Positions 52,914-62,847 of a DNA stretch of 64,000 nucleotides are shown here, in pieces. The number at the start of each line of letters is the position of its first letter. Position 1 is the first letter of the stretch. Source of the DNA: a candidate division WOR-3 bacterium (GTDB lineage Bacteria > Hydrothermota > Tepidihabitantia > Tepidihabitantales > Tepidihabitantaceae). The stretch is taken from NCBI GenBank assembly GCA_965649295.1, contig CBFGKH010000003.1, forward strand, positions 1 through 64,000, given 5' to 3'. Both the position numbers and the translations under genes were made by a program. The notes beneath the pieces are model-generated. The model did no database searches. It was not told the DNA's origin and worked only from the letters and a program-made list of their open reading frames with translations.

Positions 52914-54059
52914 TCAGAGAGCAGCAAGCTCTCGATAGAAACCGGCAGTTTTTCTGGCAATCTCAGCCCAGTCGAACCGGGCAACTGCACGTTGACGGGC
53001 AGACTCTCCTAGACGTTGTCTTAGCGTCATATCACCGGCAAGCCTACGCATCCCAGCAGCAAACTCGTCCGGAGTGCGCACTAGCAGGCCGGTAACATCA
53101 GCAACAGCAACATCCAGCACACCGCAGCAGCCAAATGCAACCGATGGAAGTCCAGAGGCCATCGCCTCCAGCAAGGCAAGACCGAAAGCCTCACGCTCGC
53201 TCGGAAAAGCGAAGATGTCAAAGGCGTTCATAAGCGCCGGCACCTGGTCATAAGCGATCGCCGGCAGCAAGCGAATTGCTCCCTCACTAAGTGAGACATC
53301 GCGCTCGATTGCCGAACGCATCGGCCCCGGCCCAGCCAATACTAGTCGCAATCGCCGATCATTGATTACTCGAAAGACATCCATCAGAACCCCAACGCCT
53401 TTACTCTTGTGCAACCGGCCGACGAAACCGACGACAATGTCAGTCTCGCCAAACCCCAACTCCGCCCGCTTCTGCTGTCGCCGTATTGGGTCAGGCCGGA
53501 ATAGGTTAACATCTACGCCATTCGGAATCACCTGCACTGGACCATAAAAACACAGCCGCTCCTCGGCGCAAGCGTTGCTGACCGCAATCACGCCACTGCA
53601 CAACCGCAACAGAGCTGCGGTTGTGCCCTTCACCACTGGCCAGAGGAGTTTCGGCTTAGCCGAGAGAATCGAATGGCGCGTCAACACGGTAGTAATACCG
53701 TGCCGGCGAGCTTGCGCCAACCCTGCCCAGACCAACACCGAACCCTCGCTCTGGCCATGAACTATAGCGAACCGTCGCTGTCGAAAGAGACGTTCAAGGG
53801 CCACAAACATCCTAGGGTCAATCGCAACGTCGTGGTCCCGATACAACAACACCCCACCGGGCAGACGCTGCACCGGCACGGGCGAGGCAATCTGATCAGC
53901 GAGCGAGACTGCGCTTCTTGGAACGCGATGCGTCACTACTGTCACATCATGACCCTGGCGACGCAGTTCACGGGCTAGGTTAACAGTATGGTTCTCAATC
54001 CCACCGATGCTTGGCAGATAGGCATCGGTCAGAATACAGACTGCAAGGGCCGATTCCAC
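52914..54059 (-). CDS. GT4 family glycosyltransferase
   Basis: YLPSIGGIE.H, IPNGVD, VGRL...KG, EAFGLALLEAMA; likely GTG 54059 just after TTGACA-N16-TAGCAT (54095-54068). Confidence 0.92.
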   Translation of the reverse strand: MESALAVCILTDAYLPSIGGIENHTVNLARELRRQGHDVTVVTHRVPRSAVSLADQIASPVPVQRLPGGVLLYRDHDVAIDPRMFVALERLFRQRRFAIVHGQSEGSVLVWAGLAQARRHGITTVLTRHSILSAKPKLLWPVVKGTTAALLRLCSGVIAVSNACAEERLCFYGPVQVIPNGVDVNLFRPDPIRRQQKRAELGFGETDIVVGFVGRLHKSKGVGVLMDVFRVINDRRLRLVLAGPGPMRSAIERDVSLSEGAIRLLPAIAYDQVPALMNAFDIFAFPSEREAFGLALLEAMASGLPSVAFGCCGVLDVAVADVTGLLVRTPDEFAAGMRRLAGDMTLRQRLGESARQRAVARFDWAEIARKTAGFYRELAAL

Positions 54060-54204
54060 TCTAACAGATGCTACCATCGAGCCGTAGCCTGTCAAAACTA
54101 CTACCCGCAATGTACCTAAGGCGACTAGAAACAGAGACACTACCGCTGCCCATCTAGTGCATCACCCCTGCCAACGACTGTCAGACGGCTGGGTTGAATA
54201 GTTA

Positions 54205-54228
54205 AGGGCGGGGCTTGCGCCCCGCCCT
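54205..54228 (-). terminator. Hairpin terminating the ECF operon
   Basis: AGGGCGGGGC-ttgc-GCCCCGCCCT perfect 10-bp stem after the PDZ gene. Confidence 0.7.
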
Positions 54229-54257
54229 GCCCACGAAGGAGGCGGACTGCGGACAGA

Positions 54258-54836
54258 TTACTTCTTATCTCGTTTCATTAGTTCGACGCGCAAAGAATCA
54301 ACTAGTTGCCTCAGTTCTTCGACCTCTGCCCTGAGCTGATCAAGTTGCTCATCACTGGCCTCGAGTGCCTGTACAACCCTCGGTCCAGCCCTGCGCAAGG
54401 CCCGCCGTACCTCTAACAGTGCCTCCCGCGGCAGCTCAAGCCAGCGAAAGTCGCTGTCAGCAAACTCACTCTGTCGTCGAGCCTCAAGTCTTGCCTTCAA
54501 CAATCGAGATTCACCACGGCGCCGAACTTCCAGTTCCACCACTGTGCCAGGCCTACTCCTCACTACTCGACGGAAGTCGGCAATGCTATAGATTGGCTGT
54601 CCAGCCACGGCCAAAATGACATCTCCCTTCAGCAGACCGGCCTTTTCTGCCGGCGAACCATCTGCCACTGCGGTCACCAGGACTCCATTCTCGATGCCCA
54701 AAGCTATGAGCATCGGCTCGCTCAAGTCCTCGGTGTGGACACCCAACCAGCCTCGCTGAGTTTCACCTGAATCGGTATCGCCTGCGGCAAGAACAACCCC
54801 AACCAGCGCCAAGAGGAACATCATATTCTTCCGCAT
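54258..54836 (-). CDS. Exported PDZ-domain protein with coiled coil
   Basis: Signal peptide; GWLGV, GVLV..V..GSPAEKAGL..GDVI. Confidence 0.85.
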   Translation of the reverse strand: MRKNMMFLLALVGVVLAAGDTDSGETQRGWLGVHTEDLSEPMLIALGIENGVLVTAVADGSPAEKAGLLKGDVILAVAGQPIYSIADFRRVVRSRPGTVVELEVRRRGESRLLKARLEARRQSEFADSDFRWLELPREALLEVRRALRRAGPRVVQALEASDEQLDQLRAEVEELRQLVDSLRVELMKRDKK

Positions 54837-54896
54837 TCGACTACTCCTTTGCCCGACGGTCCAGCCTGACTATATCATCCATTGCATTCTGAACGG

Positions 54897-55886
54897 CTAA
54901 CGGGGATTACTGTCTTCGCGGTGTTCGTCCTCCGGCATGATCAGGAAATCACTCAGTAGTCCATCAATAATCACTGCTGGCCCGCCTCGGCCGATCCGAC
55001 CCGCCACCTTCTGCCCAGAACTCTCGGCCACGACATTGAAGGGTAGTTCGGTCCTGATTTCTCCAAGACGAGTAACACCTCCCACTTGCAGCGGCAGACC
55101 GGGTCGCACATTCAATTCGACCGTTCCCAACTCCGACGCCAGATTGAGCAGGTCCAGTTCTGGCGAATCCACCCACGCCGCCACTCTTCCGCAGCGGTTG
55201 GCGATTTGCAACCTGCCTTGGCCGTGCCGAGCAAGCACATTACCAAAGCGGTTCGTTATGTGCACGTCGCCATTGGACCCGTCAGCATCAACTCGGCCAT
55301 AACTGTTCTCAACTTCTACCCGACCGCTTGTCCTACGCAGCGCGACATTGCCAAAGGCGTTATCAATAGTAGCCGGCCCTTCGACCCAGAACAACCGCAC
55401 GTCACCATACCGATTCTCAACCTCAATCTGGCGGCAGCGTTCCACTTCTACCACTCCATAACGATTGCTAACAAAGCTAGCCCGGCGTAGACCTTCAAGA
55501 CGAACATCGCCAAACGAGTTGCGGATATCAACCTCAGCCTGCTCCGGCAGCCAAAGCTCCAAGTTCACCTCGTACCCGAGATTCTTATCAGGCGCTCGGC
55601 CACTCGGATAGGCTGTGGCTACAACGATCGAATCGTCTCCAGGGTTAACCGCAACAGCAATCTGCTCGGCGACCCGCCGAGCTATCGGCTCGGAACCGGC
55701 TCTGACGAGTGTACGTGCGGCCAGCCGCGGCGCGGCCGTATCACTGCCAAAGACAACTACGTTACCGTAACGGTGAGCGACGATGACCTTGCGTGCTGCC
55801 GGCAACCGGCTATGAAAAACCCGCTCATACTCGGCTGCTCCCACCAGCAGCACCAGGACACCCAAGCTGATAAGAATCCGTCGCAT
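54897..55886 (-). CDS. Exported DUF4097-like beta-repeat protein
   Basis: Signal peptide at ATG 55886; repeated N(R/S)(Y/F)G.V motifs. Confidence 0.75.
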   Translation of the reverse strand: MRRILISLGVLVLLVGAAEYERVFHSRLPAARKVIVAHRYGNVVVFGSDTAAPRLAARTLVRAGSEPIARRVAEQIAVAVNPGDDSIVVATAYPSGRAPDKNLGYEVNLELWLPEQAEVDIRNSFGDVRLEGLRRASFVSNRYGVVEVERCRQIEVENRYGDVRLFWVEGPATIDNAFGNVALRRTSGRVEVENSYGRVDADGSNGDVHITNRFGNVLARHGQGRLQIANRCGRVAAWVDSPELDLLNLASELGTVELNVRPGLPLQVGGVTRLGEIRTELPFNVVAESSGQKVAGRIGRGGPAVIIDGLLSDFLIMPEDEHREDSNPR

Positions 55887-56422
55887 CAATCGCCGTCCGC
55901 TGCCAGCCTGTCCATCGTCAGATTGCGACCACTCTGAGCGCCGACATAGGCGGCCCGCACCCGCGGATGCCCAGGATTCTCCTGCAGCGCCGCTTCGCAC
56001 TCACGAATCGCCGCTTCGATTCCGCGGACGTAGTCCTGATAGTCACGTTGTACTTGGGCCGCTGCTACGAACTCACTTCGCGCCGGCTTACCGGCAATCA
56101 GTCTTGTCTTGGCAAAATTCCCCAATCGCAGCCCCATCACGAATGCCAGCAGCACTGCTGCTGCCAGGGCCGGCACACCAAACCAGTACCAGCGCACTGC
56201 ACCCCGCCGCTGACTCACTCGGGCCGAGATTCGTTGCCAAAGTTCAGGGCTGGGCTCGCGCAGCGGCAATGCTCTCGCCTCATCACGCAACACCCTGATG
56301 TCGGCGACCGCCTCGCGGCAACGTGGGCAGCCAGCAATATGCTCAGCCACCTCTCCGGATTCTGCCGCGGTCAGGTCACCCTCGATGTAGGCGCTCAGGA
56401 CCTCATCACTCAAATGCTCCAT
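55886..56422 (-). CDS. zf-HC2 transmembrane anti-sigma factor
   Basis: LSAYIEGDL, HIAGCPRC, single TM; directly after ECF sigma. Confidence 0.9.
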   Translation of the reverse strand: MEHLSDEVLSAYIEGDLTAAESGEVAEHIAGCPRCREAVADIRVLRDEARALPLREPSPELWQRISARVSQRRGAVRWYWFGVPALAAAVLLAFVMGLRLGNFAKTRLIAGKPARSEFVAAAQVQRDYQDYVRGIEAAIRECEAALQENPGHPRVRAAYVGAQSGRNLTMDRLAADGD

Positions 56423-56437
56423 CTAACTCCTTTCTCA

Positions 56438-56980
56438 TCAGACGTCCTTTAGCCATCTCAGACTCTCGATATAGGGCGCCAGTTCACGGCGCAGAAAAGC
56501 CCGCGCCCGGTGCAACTGCGACTTGCTCGCACCTTCGCTTATGCCGAGAATCTGCGCAATCTCTGTATGTTTCAAGCCCTGAATATCATAGAGCACAAAG
56601 ACCTCACGATACCCAGGGGGGAGCCGCGGCAACACTCCCTCAATCAATCGCCCCACGCTGAGTGGTTGTGAGGGAATGTTCGTCACTTCCTCAAGCGGAA
56701 CAGTGCGCCGCAGCTTTCGTCGCCGCAGGAAGTCAAGACAGGCATTGACGGTGATGCGGTATATCCAGGTTGAAAGCGAAGCGTCGCCCCGAAACGACCC
56801 AAGCTTCTTGAACACCTTGATAAACACATCTTGAGTGATGTCCTCGGCGTCGGCATGATTCGCAACCATACGATAGGCGGTGCTGAAGACGCGCGACCTG
56901 TACTCTTTGTAGAGCTTCTCAAAATGTGCCTCGCTGTCCGAAGCGCAGGCTTCATCTAGCTGCATCAATACTGGCATCAC
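56438..56980 (-). CDS. ECF RNA polymerase sigma factor
   Basis: DAEDITQDVF, TWIYRI.VN, EIAQILGISEG.SKSQLHRAR. Confidence 0.95.
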   Translation of the reverse strand: MMPVLMQLDEACASDSEAHFEKLYKEYRSRVFSTAYRMVANHADAEDITQDVFIKVFKKLGSFRGDASLSTWIYRITVNACLDFLRRRKLRRTVPLEEVTNIPSQPLSVGRLIEGVLPRLPPGYREVFVLYDIQGLKHTEIAQILGISEGASKSQLHRARAFLRRELAPYIESLRWLKDV

Positions 56981-56996
56981 TGTGTTATCAAGAGAT

Positions 56997-57024
56997 TAGA
57001 CGTCTGCCTCCTGCCGCGGTTGCC
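56997..57024 (-). promoter_or_regulatory. ECF-type autoregulatory promoter GCAAC-N16-CGTCTA
   Basis: AAC (57021-57019) and CGT (57002-57000) with 16-nt spacer about 20 nt upstream of the sigma start. Confidence 0.65.
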
Positions 57025-57180
57025 TCGCGCCCACCCACCTTTCAACCATACTCAGGTATGCGGCAGGCGGACCTGATATCTATCATTCTGACAACCTGAT
57101 ACTTAGCATGAATCAACCTGCCAGACGCTGATACTCTGCCTTTCACGCTCAAACCCAGCTAGCGGCTGTAACATCATCAA

Positions 57181-58074
57181 TCAATCATCGGCGCGACCCA
57201 GTAATCTGAGTAACCTTACCGCCCGCAATGCACTCGCCTCCTTATCTTTGATTTCGAGCATTACATCGATCTCGATTCCGTTGACGGCGACAAGGAAGTG
57301 CCGAAAGTCACCGATGTCAATGTGTTCGCAGTGCGCCCCAGGTCGGCTGTTTGGCTGCTGTGACGAGTAGTCAACGATTGGCCGACCGTCGGCTCGCCGC
57401 CACGTAGCCGCGCACCGGCGGACGGCTTCGGCAACCGGCTCACCCGACGAGTTGAGCCGGTGATGAAAGACATCAAACACCACCGGGATGCCAATTCTCT
57501 GGCTGACTTCAAGACAGTCGGCCACTGTGTAGATTCGGTCGTCGTTCTCAATCACCAGCCGACGTCGGACTGCCACTGGCAACAGCTCATACTGCCGGCA
57601 GAAGGCATCCTTGCTCGCTCCTTTGTCGCCATAGGCCGCACCAAGATGAATCTGGACCTTAGCCGACCGACTAAGCACCATCAGGTCGAGTATCTGCGTC
57701 TGATACAAGAGCTCAGCCACACTAGTGCGCACGACTTTACGGTCGTGAGCATTGAGCAGGACAAACTGGTCTGGGTGCAACCCAACGCGCATCTGGTGCT
57801 GACGCACGTAACGACCGAGCTGGGCAAACTCGGCGCCAAATCTACGGCCCCAGTCAAATCGGCAGATCGGATGCGACGCAAATGGCACTAGGTCTGATGT
57901 GATGCGAAAGAACCGAATACCGTGCCGGCGGTTCCACTCCAGTGTCTTAGCCAGGCATTGGAGATTCTGTTCCACCGTGCTGACCAGCCGTTCTTCCGAG
58001 TATGAGCCTAGTCGAAACGTGCGCGCCGAGGTGCAACCGACCGATCGATTGATACAGGCGTAGCCGACACGCAC
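57181..58074 (-). CDS. uvsE: UV damage endonuclease
   Basis: GYAC, FFRITS...PFASHP, HPDQF, IENDD, FDVFHH, MLEIKDKE. Confidence 0.95.
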   Translation of the reverse strand: MRVGYACINRSVGCTSARTFRLGSYSEERLVSTVEQNLQCLAKTLEWNRRHGIRFFRITSDLVPFASHPICRFDWGRRFGAEFAQLGRYVRQHQMRVGLHPDQFVLLNAHDRKVVRTSVAELLYQTQILDLMVLSRSAKVQIHLGAAYGDKGASKDAFCRQYELLPVAVRRRLVIENDDRIYTVADCLEVSQRIGIPVVFDVFHHRLNSSGEPVAEAVRRCAATWRRADGRPIVDYSSQQPNSRPGAHCEHIDIGDFRHFLVAVNGIEIDVMLEIKDKEASALRAVRLLRLLGRADD

Positions 58075-58076
58075 TG

Positions 58077-59027
58077 CTAGCTATCGCGGCCTTTGCCCGA
58101 ATCGCTGATGCTCACCAGCTCGTCCGGATATGGTGCAAAGAAGGTTTGAGCTGCGAGATAACGCTCTTCAAAGCGAATCGCCCAAGAGCGCAACACCGCC
58201 GTGGGCACCGACAGCGGCACCCGCCCACGCCGATATCGCTCAAGGATGTCAAGAAACATCGCCTTCTCGGCCGAGCTGAGCCGGTCGCGAAAGTAACCGA
58301 GTGCATGCATCAGTACATTGATTGCGGCAGTGTACTTGGCTGGACGAGCAAACGCAGTTGGCAGCAGGCGACCGTATTCGGCAAAAACCTGTTCAACCGG
58401 TCGGTGTTCTGAATTGGCAACGACTCGCCCCAAAGTACGCATCACCCGCTCATCGTACGCCAACAGCAGATACTTGTTCTCAGTGTGGAACTTGACCAGG
58501 GCACCCATCGAACGTTCCAGACACCGAAAACGGACAGCGGCAAAGAGCTGACAAAGGAACCGCTCACGGACCAGGAAGTTGCGTAGCCGACCCTCATCCT
58601 CGACTGCTCTGTCCGCAAATCGCTTCAGAACCGCACCACCGAAGAAACCCTGCCGCTCGGCTGACGACAAGACCATCCCTGACTCGCCGTAAACCTTCAC
58701 ATCGCGAAACCCACACGACGGCGAACGTGACTTGAGCACAAAGCCATCAACGCTATCAAGGCCGCCAAGAAAACTGTCGCTGAAAGCTCTCATCAGGTCA
58801 GTAACGTCCCGGCTCGTTGCCGGCTGAATCAGCCGCAAGCCAGCACCAGTACGCACCACCCGGATCGGCTCACGCGGCACCCCCAGGCCAATCTCTACCT
58901 CTGGACAGACCGGCAAGAAATCAACGTGTTCGCCCAACTTGCGGACGAACTCGTCTTCGATGATCTCGCCATTGTAACGACAGTGATCGAATCCAAGACA
59001 ACGTGAGACAACAACCCGCGGCCGCAT
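58077..59027 (-). CDS. DUF523 + DUF1722 (YbgA-type) protein
   Basis: VSRCLG..CRYNG, CPEVEIGLGVPR, LKSRSPSCG, EDEGRL, FHTENKY, NVLMHALGYF. Confidence 0.92.
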   Translation of the reverse strand: MRPRVVVSRCLGFDHCRYNGEIIEDEFVRKLGEHVDFLPVCPEVEIGLGVPREPIRVVRTGAGLRLIQPATSRDVTDLMRAFSDSFLGGLDSVDGFVLKSRSPSCGFRDVKVYGESGMVLSSAERQGFFGGAVLKRFADRAVEDEGRLRNFLVRERFLCQLFAAVRFRCLERSMGALVKFHTENKYLLLAYDERVMRTLGRVVANSEHRPVEQVFAEYGRLLPTAFARPAKYTAAINVLMHALGYFRDRLSSAEKAMFLDILERYRRGRVPLSVPTAVLRSWAIRFEERYLAAQTFFAPYPDELVSISDSGKGRDS

Positions 59028-59031
59028 ATCC

Positions 59032-59898
59032 CTACCGTGGAGGCAGGTTTGCCATTACCGCCAGACCGATGGGCAGACCGCTGGTGTCGAGCTCAACCGT
59101 CACAATCTGGTACTCGGCATCGAACCGCTCAGCCGGGTCATCGGTCTGAAGACTGCGGCCACCAAGAAAAGGCGACACAGCGATCACCCGACCGCGCCCC
59201 AGTCCACTGCCCGTCTCCGCGTCGAAGAGCTCATACTCATCGCCAATCCTGACCCGATCGCGCCAGAATGATTCAACAAAGAGCCGCACCTGCTGTCGGG
59301 CCGAGCCCAGTGTTACCTTTGAATCATCGCCCGCCACCAACGTCTGTCCCAGTCGAACATCAAGTTTGTAAACAATGCCGTCTGCCGGCGCATCGAGTGT
59401 GAGCTGAGCCCAACGGGCGACCGCCAGTGACACCTCGGCCTTCGCCGCTGCCAGCGCTGCCGAATCGGCTGCCTGCCACAGGAGGGCTTCCCGATACTGC
59501 TGTTCCGAAACACCCTGAACGGCATATAGGGCGGCGGTCCGCTCAAACGCCTCCCGGCTAATCTGGTAAGCCTGTTCAGCCGCGGCTGCCCGAGCCTGAG
59601 CTGCTCGTAACTGTGCCCGCTCAACTGACCGCTCCAGCTCAACAAGCTCCTGACCGTCATAGACTCGGTCACCTTCTTTCACATAGACAGCAGTCACCCG
59701 CCGCGTCACCGGCGCACTGGCGAGCACTGCTCCGCCCAATGGTTCAACTGTGCCATATACTCTCGCCGGACTGCGCGGCAGGTCCGGTGCGACCGGCTGC
59801 CGCTTGCGGGGCGCTGCCCGCACCAGCGCTACGCCGATAATCAGCACAACAACAAAACTACCGACCCAGAACAACAAACCACCGATTCGCCGCCTCAT
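59032..59898 (-). CDS. HlyD-family membrane fusion protein
   Basis: N-terminal TM, lipoyl halves (V.EGDRV..GQ; L.AP.DG.V), helical hairpin. Confidence 0.88.
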   Translation of the reverse strand: MRRRIGGLLFWVGSFVVVLIIGVALVRAAPRKRQPVAPDLPRSPARVYGTVEPLGGAVLASAPVTRRVTAVYVKEGDRVYDGQELVELERSVERAQLRAAQARAAAAEQAYQISREAFERTAALYAVQGVSEQQYREALLWQAADSAALAAAKAEVSLAVARWAQLTLDAPADGIVYKLDVRLGQTLVAGDDSKVTLGSARQQVRLFVESFWRDRVRIGDEYELFDAETGSGLGRGRVIAVSPFLGGRSLQTDDPAERFDAEYQIVTVELDTSGLPIGLAVMANLPPR

Positions 59899-59949
59899 CT
59901 TACCACCTCTTATCAACTATCATGCTGCCAATCCTACTGCAACCGGACA

Positions 59950-60654
59950 TCATCCCTTCCGTCCCTGCCGGCTGTCATAGACAATCGCTCCATCTTCCAT
60001 CTTGACTAGTCGGTCAGCATAAGGGAAGACCCGCGGGTCGTGAGTTACCAGCACTACCGCCCGTTTCGGGTCGTGGGCAATCTCCTTCAGTGCTTCCAGT
60101 ACCACATGGCTCGAATCGACATCCAACGCCGATGTCGGCTCATCACACAGCACCAGCACCGGGTCACCGATCAGCGCCCGGGCGATGCCCACCCGTTGCT
60201 GCTGTCCACCGGAAAGCTGCTGGGGACGAACATTCTCGTATCCGGCCATTCCCAGTCCGGCCAGCAGTTCAAGTGCCTGCAGCCTTGTCTTCTGGTCGAT
60301 GCGCCCTCCCTGCACTGCCGCTGCAATCAATACATTGTCCAGCACCGTCAGTGCCGGCACGAGCGCTGCCTGCTGGAAGACAAAGCCATAGCGCTGCTGC
60401 CGAATTGTCGCCAAGGCATCTTCGTCCAATCCTGCCACATCCTGACCGGCAACAACTATTCGGCCGCTTGTCGGCGCAAGCACCAGTCCCATGATTGTCA
60501 GCAGTGTTGTCTTGCCCGAACCGGAAGGCCCGGCCAAGGCTGTCAGCTCACCAGGCAGGATGTCAATCGTCGTCTCTTTCAGCACGCGCCGGGTCGTCCG
60601 GCCATCTGAGAAATCGCGGACGACCCCCTGCAGACTGAGCACCGGTGTTGCCAT
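59950..60654 (-). CDS. ABC exporter ATPase (LolD/MacB/DevA-type)
   Basis: GPSGSGKTT, GFVFQ, LSGGQQQRV.IARAL, DEPTSALD, VTHD. Confidence 0.93.
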   Translation of the reverse strand: MATPVLSLQGVVRDFSDGRTTRRVLKETTIDILPGELTALAGPSGSGKTTLLTIMGLVLAPTSGRIVVAGQDVAGLDEDALATIRQQRYGFVFQQAALVPALTVLDNVLIAAAVQGGRIDQKTRLQALELLAGLGMAGYENVRPQQLSGGQQQRVGIARALIGDPVLVLCDEPTSALDVDSSHVVLEALKEIAHDPKRAVVLVTHDPRVFPYADRLVKMEDGAIVYDSRQGRKG

Positions 60655-61776
60655 CTAGCGAAACGCGGCTGCTGGCTCGATGCGCAAGGCCCGCCGCAAG
60701 GCGATTGCCGACCCAGCGATGCAGAGCAGAAACGTCAGCAGGACATGCACCAGTGGCACCCAATAAGGCAGGTTAGCCGGTAGCCGCGAGCCCTGAACCC
60801 CCAAGAGGAACCCGGCCAGCAGCAGAAATCCAATCATAATACCCACCAACCCAATCGTCAGCGCCTGAAAGAGAATGATAAGAAAGACATCCCGCGCCCG
60901 GGCCCCCAATGCCCGCAGCACGGCAAAGTCGCGCTGCCGATTGAGCACATTCGTGTACATCGTCAGGGTGATGATAACGACACCAACCAGGACACCGATA
61001 ACCGTCGAGAACCCAAAGCTCGAACCAATACCGGTCCGCGTCAGATTGTAAACCTTGGTATTGATAGCCAGTTCGCCCACCGTGAGCGCCTCGGCCTTGG
61101 GCAGCACTGCCCGGATGAGCTCCAATGCCCGGGACAGGTTTGTCCCCGGCCGCAGCCTGACAAGAATATTGCTGCAGCGGTCGCCCGGCAGCCGGACCAG
61201 TTCGCGGGCCTTGGCCAGACTAGTGAAGACCAGTGGCGCACCAAAAGCCCGAGCACCGCTGGTGAAACCAGCGATACGGACCCGGCGCGAGTTGACCTCT
61301 ACAATCTGGTCGAGCTGAGGATTGCCGAGCTCTGCCAGGTCCAGCCGGTCAATAGTGACGTTGCCATAGGCAAGCAGCAGACTCCCTGTGCCTTGAGCAA
61401 ACTGCCACGGCCCACCGGCCAGCCGCGGCCGAGCGCAGCCGACCACCTGGACCGGCCGTGAGGTGCCATCTGCCAGCCGGAGCTGTGCCCCGGCATAGAT
61501 GACCGGCTCGGCCCACTCGATCTCATTCAGCGCCATCAACCGGTCAACATACCGGATCGGCAATGTGCCGGTTGAGTTCGTGTTATTGACATTTCGCGGC
61601 ACCACCCAGATATCAGCACCACTGTTGTCAATCAATGCCGACATCAAGGTCAGCAACCCAAATAGCACCGCCAGCTGCTGCCCGACCAGAAAGACGATTG
61701 CCACCACGCCCAGCACTGCACCGGCAGTAGTTGACCGCTCGTGCGCCAGCATCTGCACCGCAACTCGCCGTCGCAC
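60655..61776 (-). CDS. ABC exporter permease (FtsX/MacB/DevC-type)
   Basis: TM1, periplasmic domain (ADIWV), FAVLRALGA, C-terminal IEPAAAFR. Confidence 0.9.
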   Translation of the reverse strand: MRRRVAVQMLAHERSTTAGAVLGVVAIVFLVGQQLAVLFGLLTLMSALIDNSGADIWVVPRNVNNTNSTGTLPIRYVDRLMALNEIEWAEPVIYAGAQLRLADGTSRPVQVVGCARPRLAGGPWQFAQGTGSLLLAYGNVTIDRLDLAELGNPQLDQIVEVNSRRVRIAGFTSGARAFGAPLVFTSLAKARELVRLPGDRCSNILVRLRPGTNLSRALELIRAVLPKAEALTVGELAINTKVYNLTRTGIGSSFGFSTVIGVLVGVVIITLTMYTNVLNRQRDFAVLRALGARARDVFLIILFQALTIGLVGIMIGFLLLAGFLLGVQGSRLPANLPYWVPLVHVLLTFLLCIAGSAIALRRALRIEPAAAFR

Positions 61777-61785
61777 CGCTCTCTC

Positions 61786-62838
61786 CTAGCTATGACTCCG
61801 GCCAGCCAGCCCAAGACCGGCAGCGGGGGCACGAGCAAGACTATCGGCAACAACCACTCCCTGCCCGGCCAACTTCTCCGCTGCCAGCCTTGCAGCCCGA
61901 CCGCCCAGCACAACTCCGGGCACCCGTGCCTTGTCGCCAACCAGTCGAAGCCGAGTGGCCAGCTCCCGGGCCGCAATCAGGTTGGCAATCATTGTCACCG
62001 AAAGAAACACAACGTCGGGACCAAAACCGCTGACTGCTCTTGCGATATCGTCTGCGGGTGCGCTTCGGCCGACAAAGAAAACATCCCATCCCTGCAGCCG
62101 CAATTCCTCGGCCAGCACCTCTGCCCCAAAAGAATGTTCCTCCCCGGGCACGCAGGCTACCAGTGCTCGCAAGTCAAGGTTTGGCGCGGGGGACATCGCC
62201 TCCGCCAGTCTCAACACTGCATAACGGCAGACCTCGGTGGCAGCATGTTCGTCAGCCACGCTCAACTGGCCGTGGGCCCAGCGCCGCCCCACCTCGGCCA
62301 TCACCGGCAGCACCGACTCCTCAACAATGCTGGCAAACCGGCGGCCATGCCTGGCCCAGGCCTGCAGCAGTTCAACTGCGGCACGCCGTCGGCGCTGACT
62401 GATGAGCACAAACAGCGCCTGAGCCTCTGGCCCCAGTTGGGATTCGACGCCGATTGGCAGCTCGGGTATCCTGCCCGTGTTCCCAGCAATATTCCGCACC
62501 GCATCAATCGGTCCGACCAGGGTCCGAGCCTGCTCCGCTGGTAACCGGCTGCTGATTGCCACACTCCAGCTTTCCAGCACTCGGCCGAGCGCAGTCGGCT
62601 CCTCGCCGTGCGCAGCCAACACCATTCCCAGCCAACGTACTTCCGCCAGCAGTTCGGCCAGCAACTCGAACTCATAGACGCCAACCAGCGCCATTCCGAA
62701 ACGCCGACTTGACTCCAGTAGCAGTTCTGAGGCCTTGCCGCCAATCAGCAACCGCTGTGCCACAAGTTGCTCGAGTTCGGGTAGTAGTTCCCGCAGCCGC
62801 TGGGCCGGCGTCACTGAGCTTGTTGACTTCTCTTCCAT
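61786..62838 (-). CDS. Cobalamin-binding protein (CarH/AerR-type B12 domain), N-terminal helical domain, no HTH
   Basis: W-x9-EH (WAHGQLSVADEH), E-x-H-x-x-G (EEHSFG), LSVT and VLGG Rossmann motifs. Confidence 0.88.
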   Translation of the reverse strand: MEEKSTSSVTPAQRLRELLPELEQLVAQRLLIGGKASELLLESSRRFGMALVGVYEFELLAELLAEVRWLGMVLAAHGEEPTALGRVLESWSVAISSRLPAEQARTLVGPIDAVRNIAGNTGRIPELPIGVESQLGPEAQALFVLISQRRRRAAVELLQAWARHGRRFASIVEESVLPVMAEVGRRWAHGQLSVADEHAATEVCRYAVLRLAEAMSPAPNLDLRALVACVPGEEHSFGAEVLAEELRLQGWDVFFVGRSAPADDIARAVSGFGPDVVFLSVTMIANLIAARELATRLRLVGDKARVPGVVLGGRAARLAAEKLAGQGVVVADSLARAPAAGLGLAGRSHS

Positions 62839-62847
62839 TAACTGCAA

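Noticed and set aside
52860..52915. CIRCE or HAIR heat-shock operator before grpE
   Set aside because: No TTAGCACTC-N9-GAGTGCTAA or CTTGAGT-N7-ACTCAAG match
57060..57140. Three CTGATA words upstream of the ECF gene
   Set aside because: Irregular spacing (23 and 32 nt) and too short to support an operator or array
61741..62544. 267-aa plus-strand ORF
   Set aside because: Antisense to the B12-binding gene; no motifs
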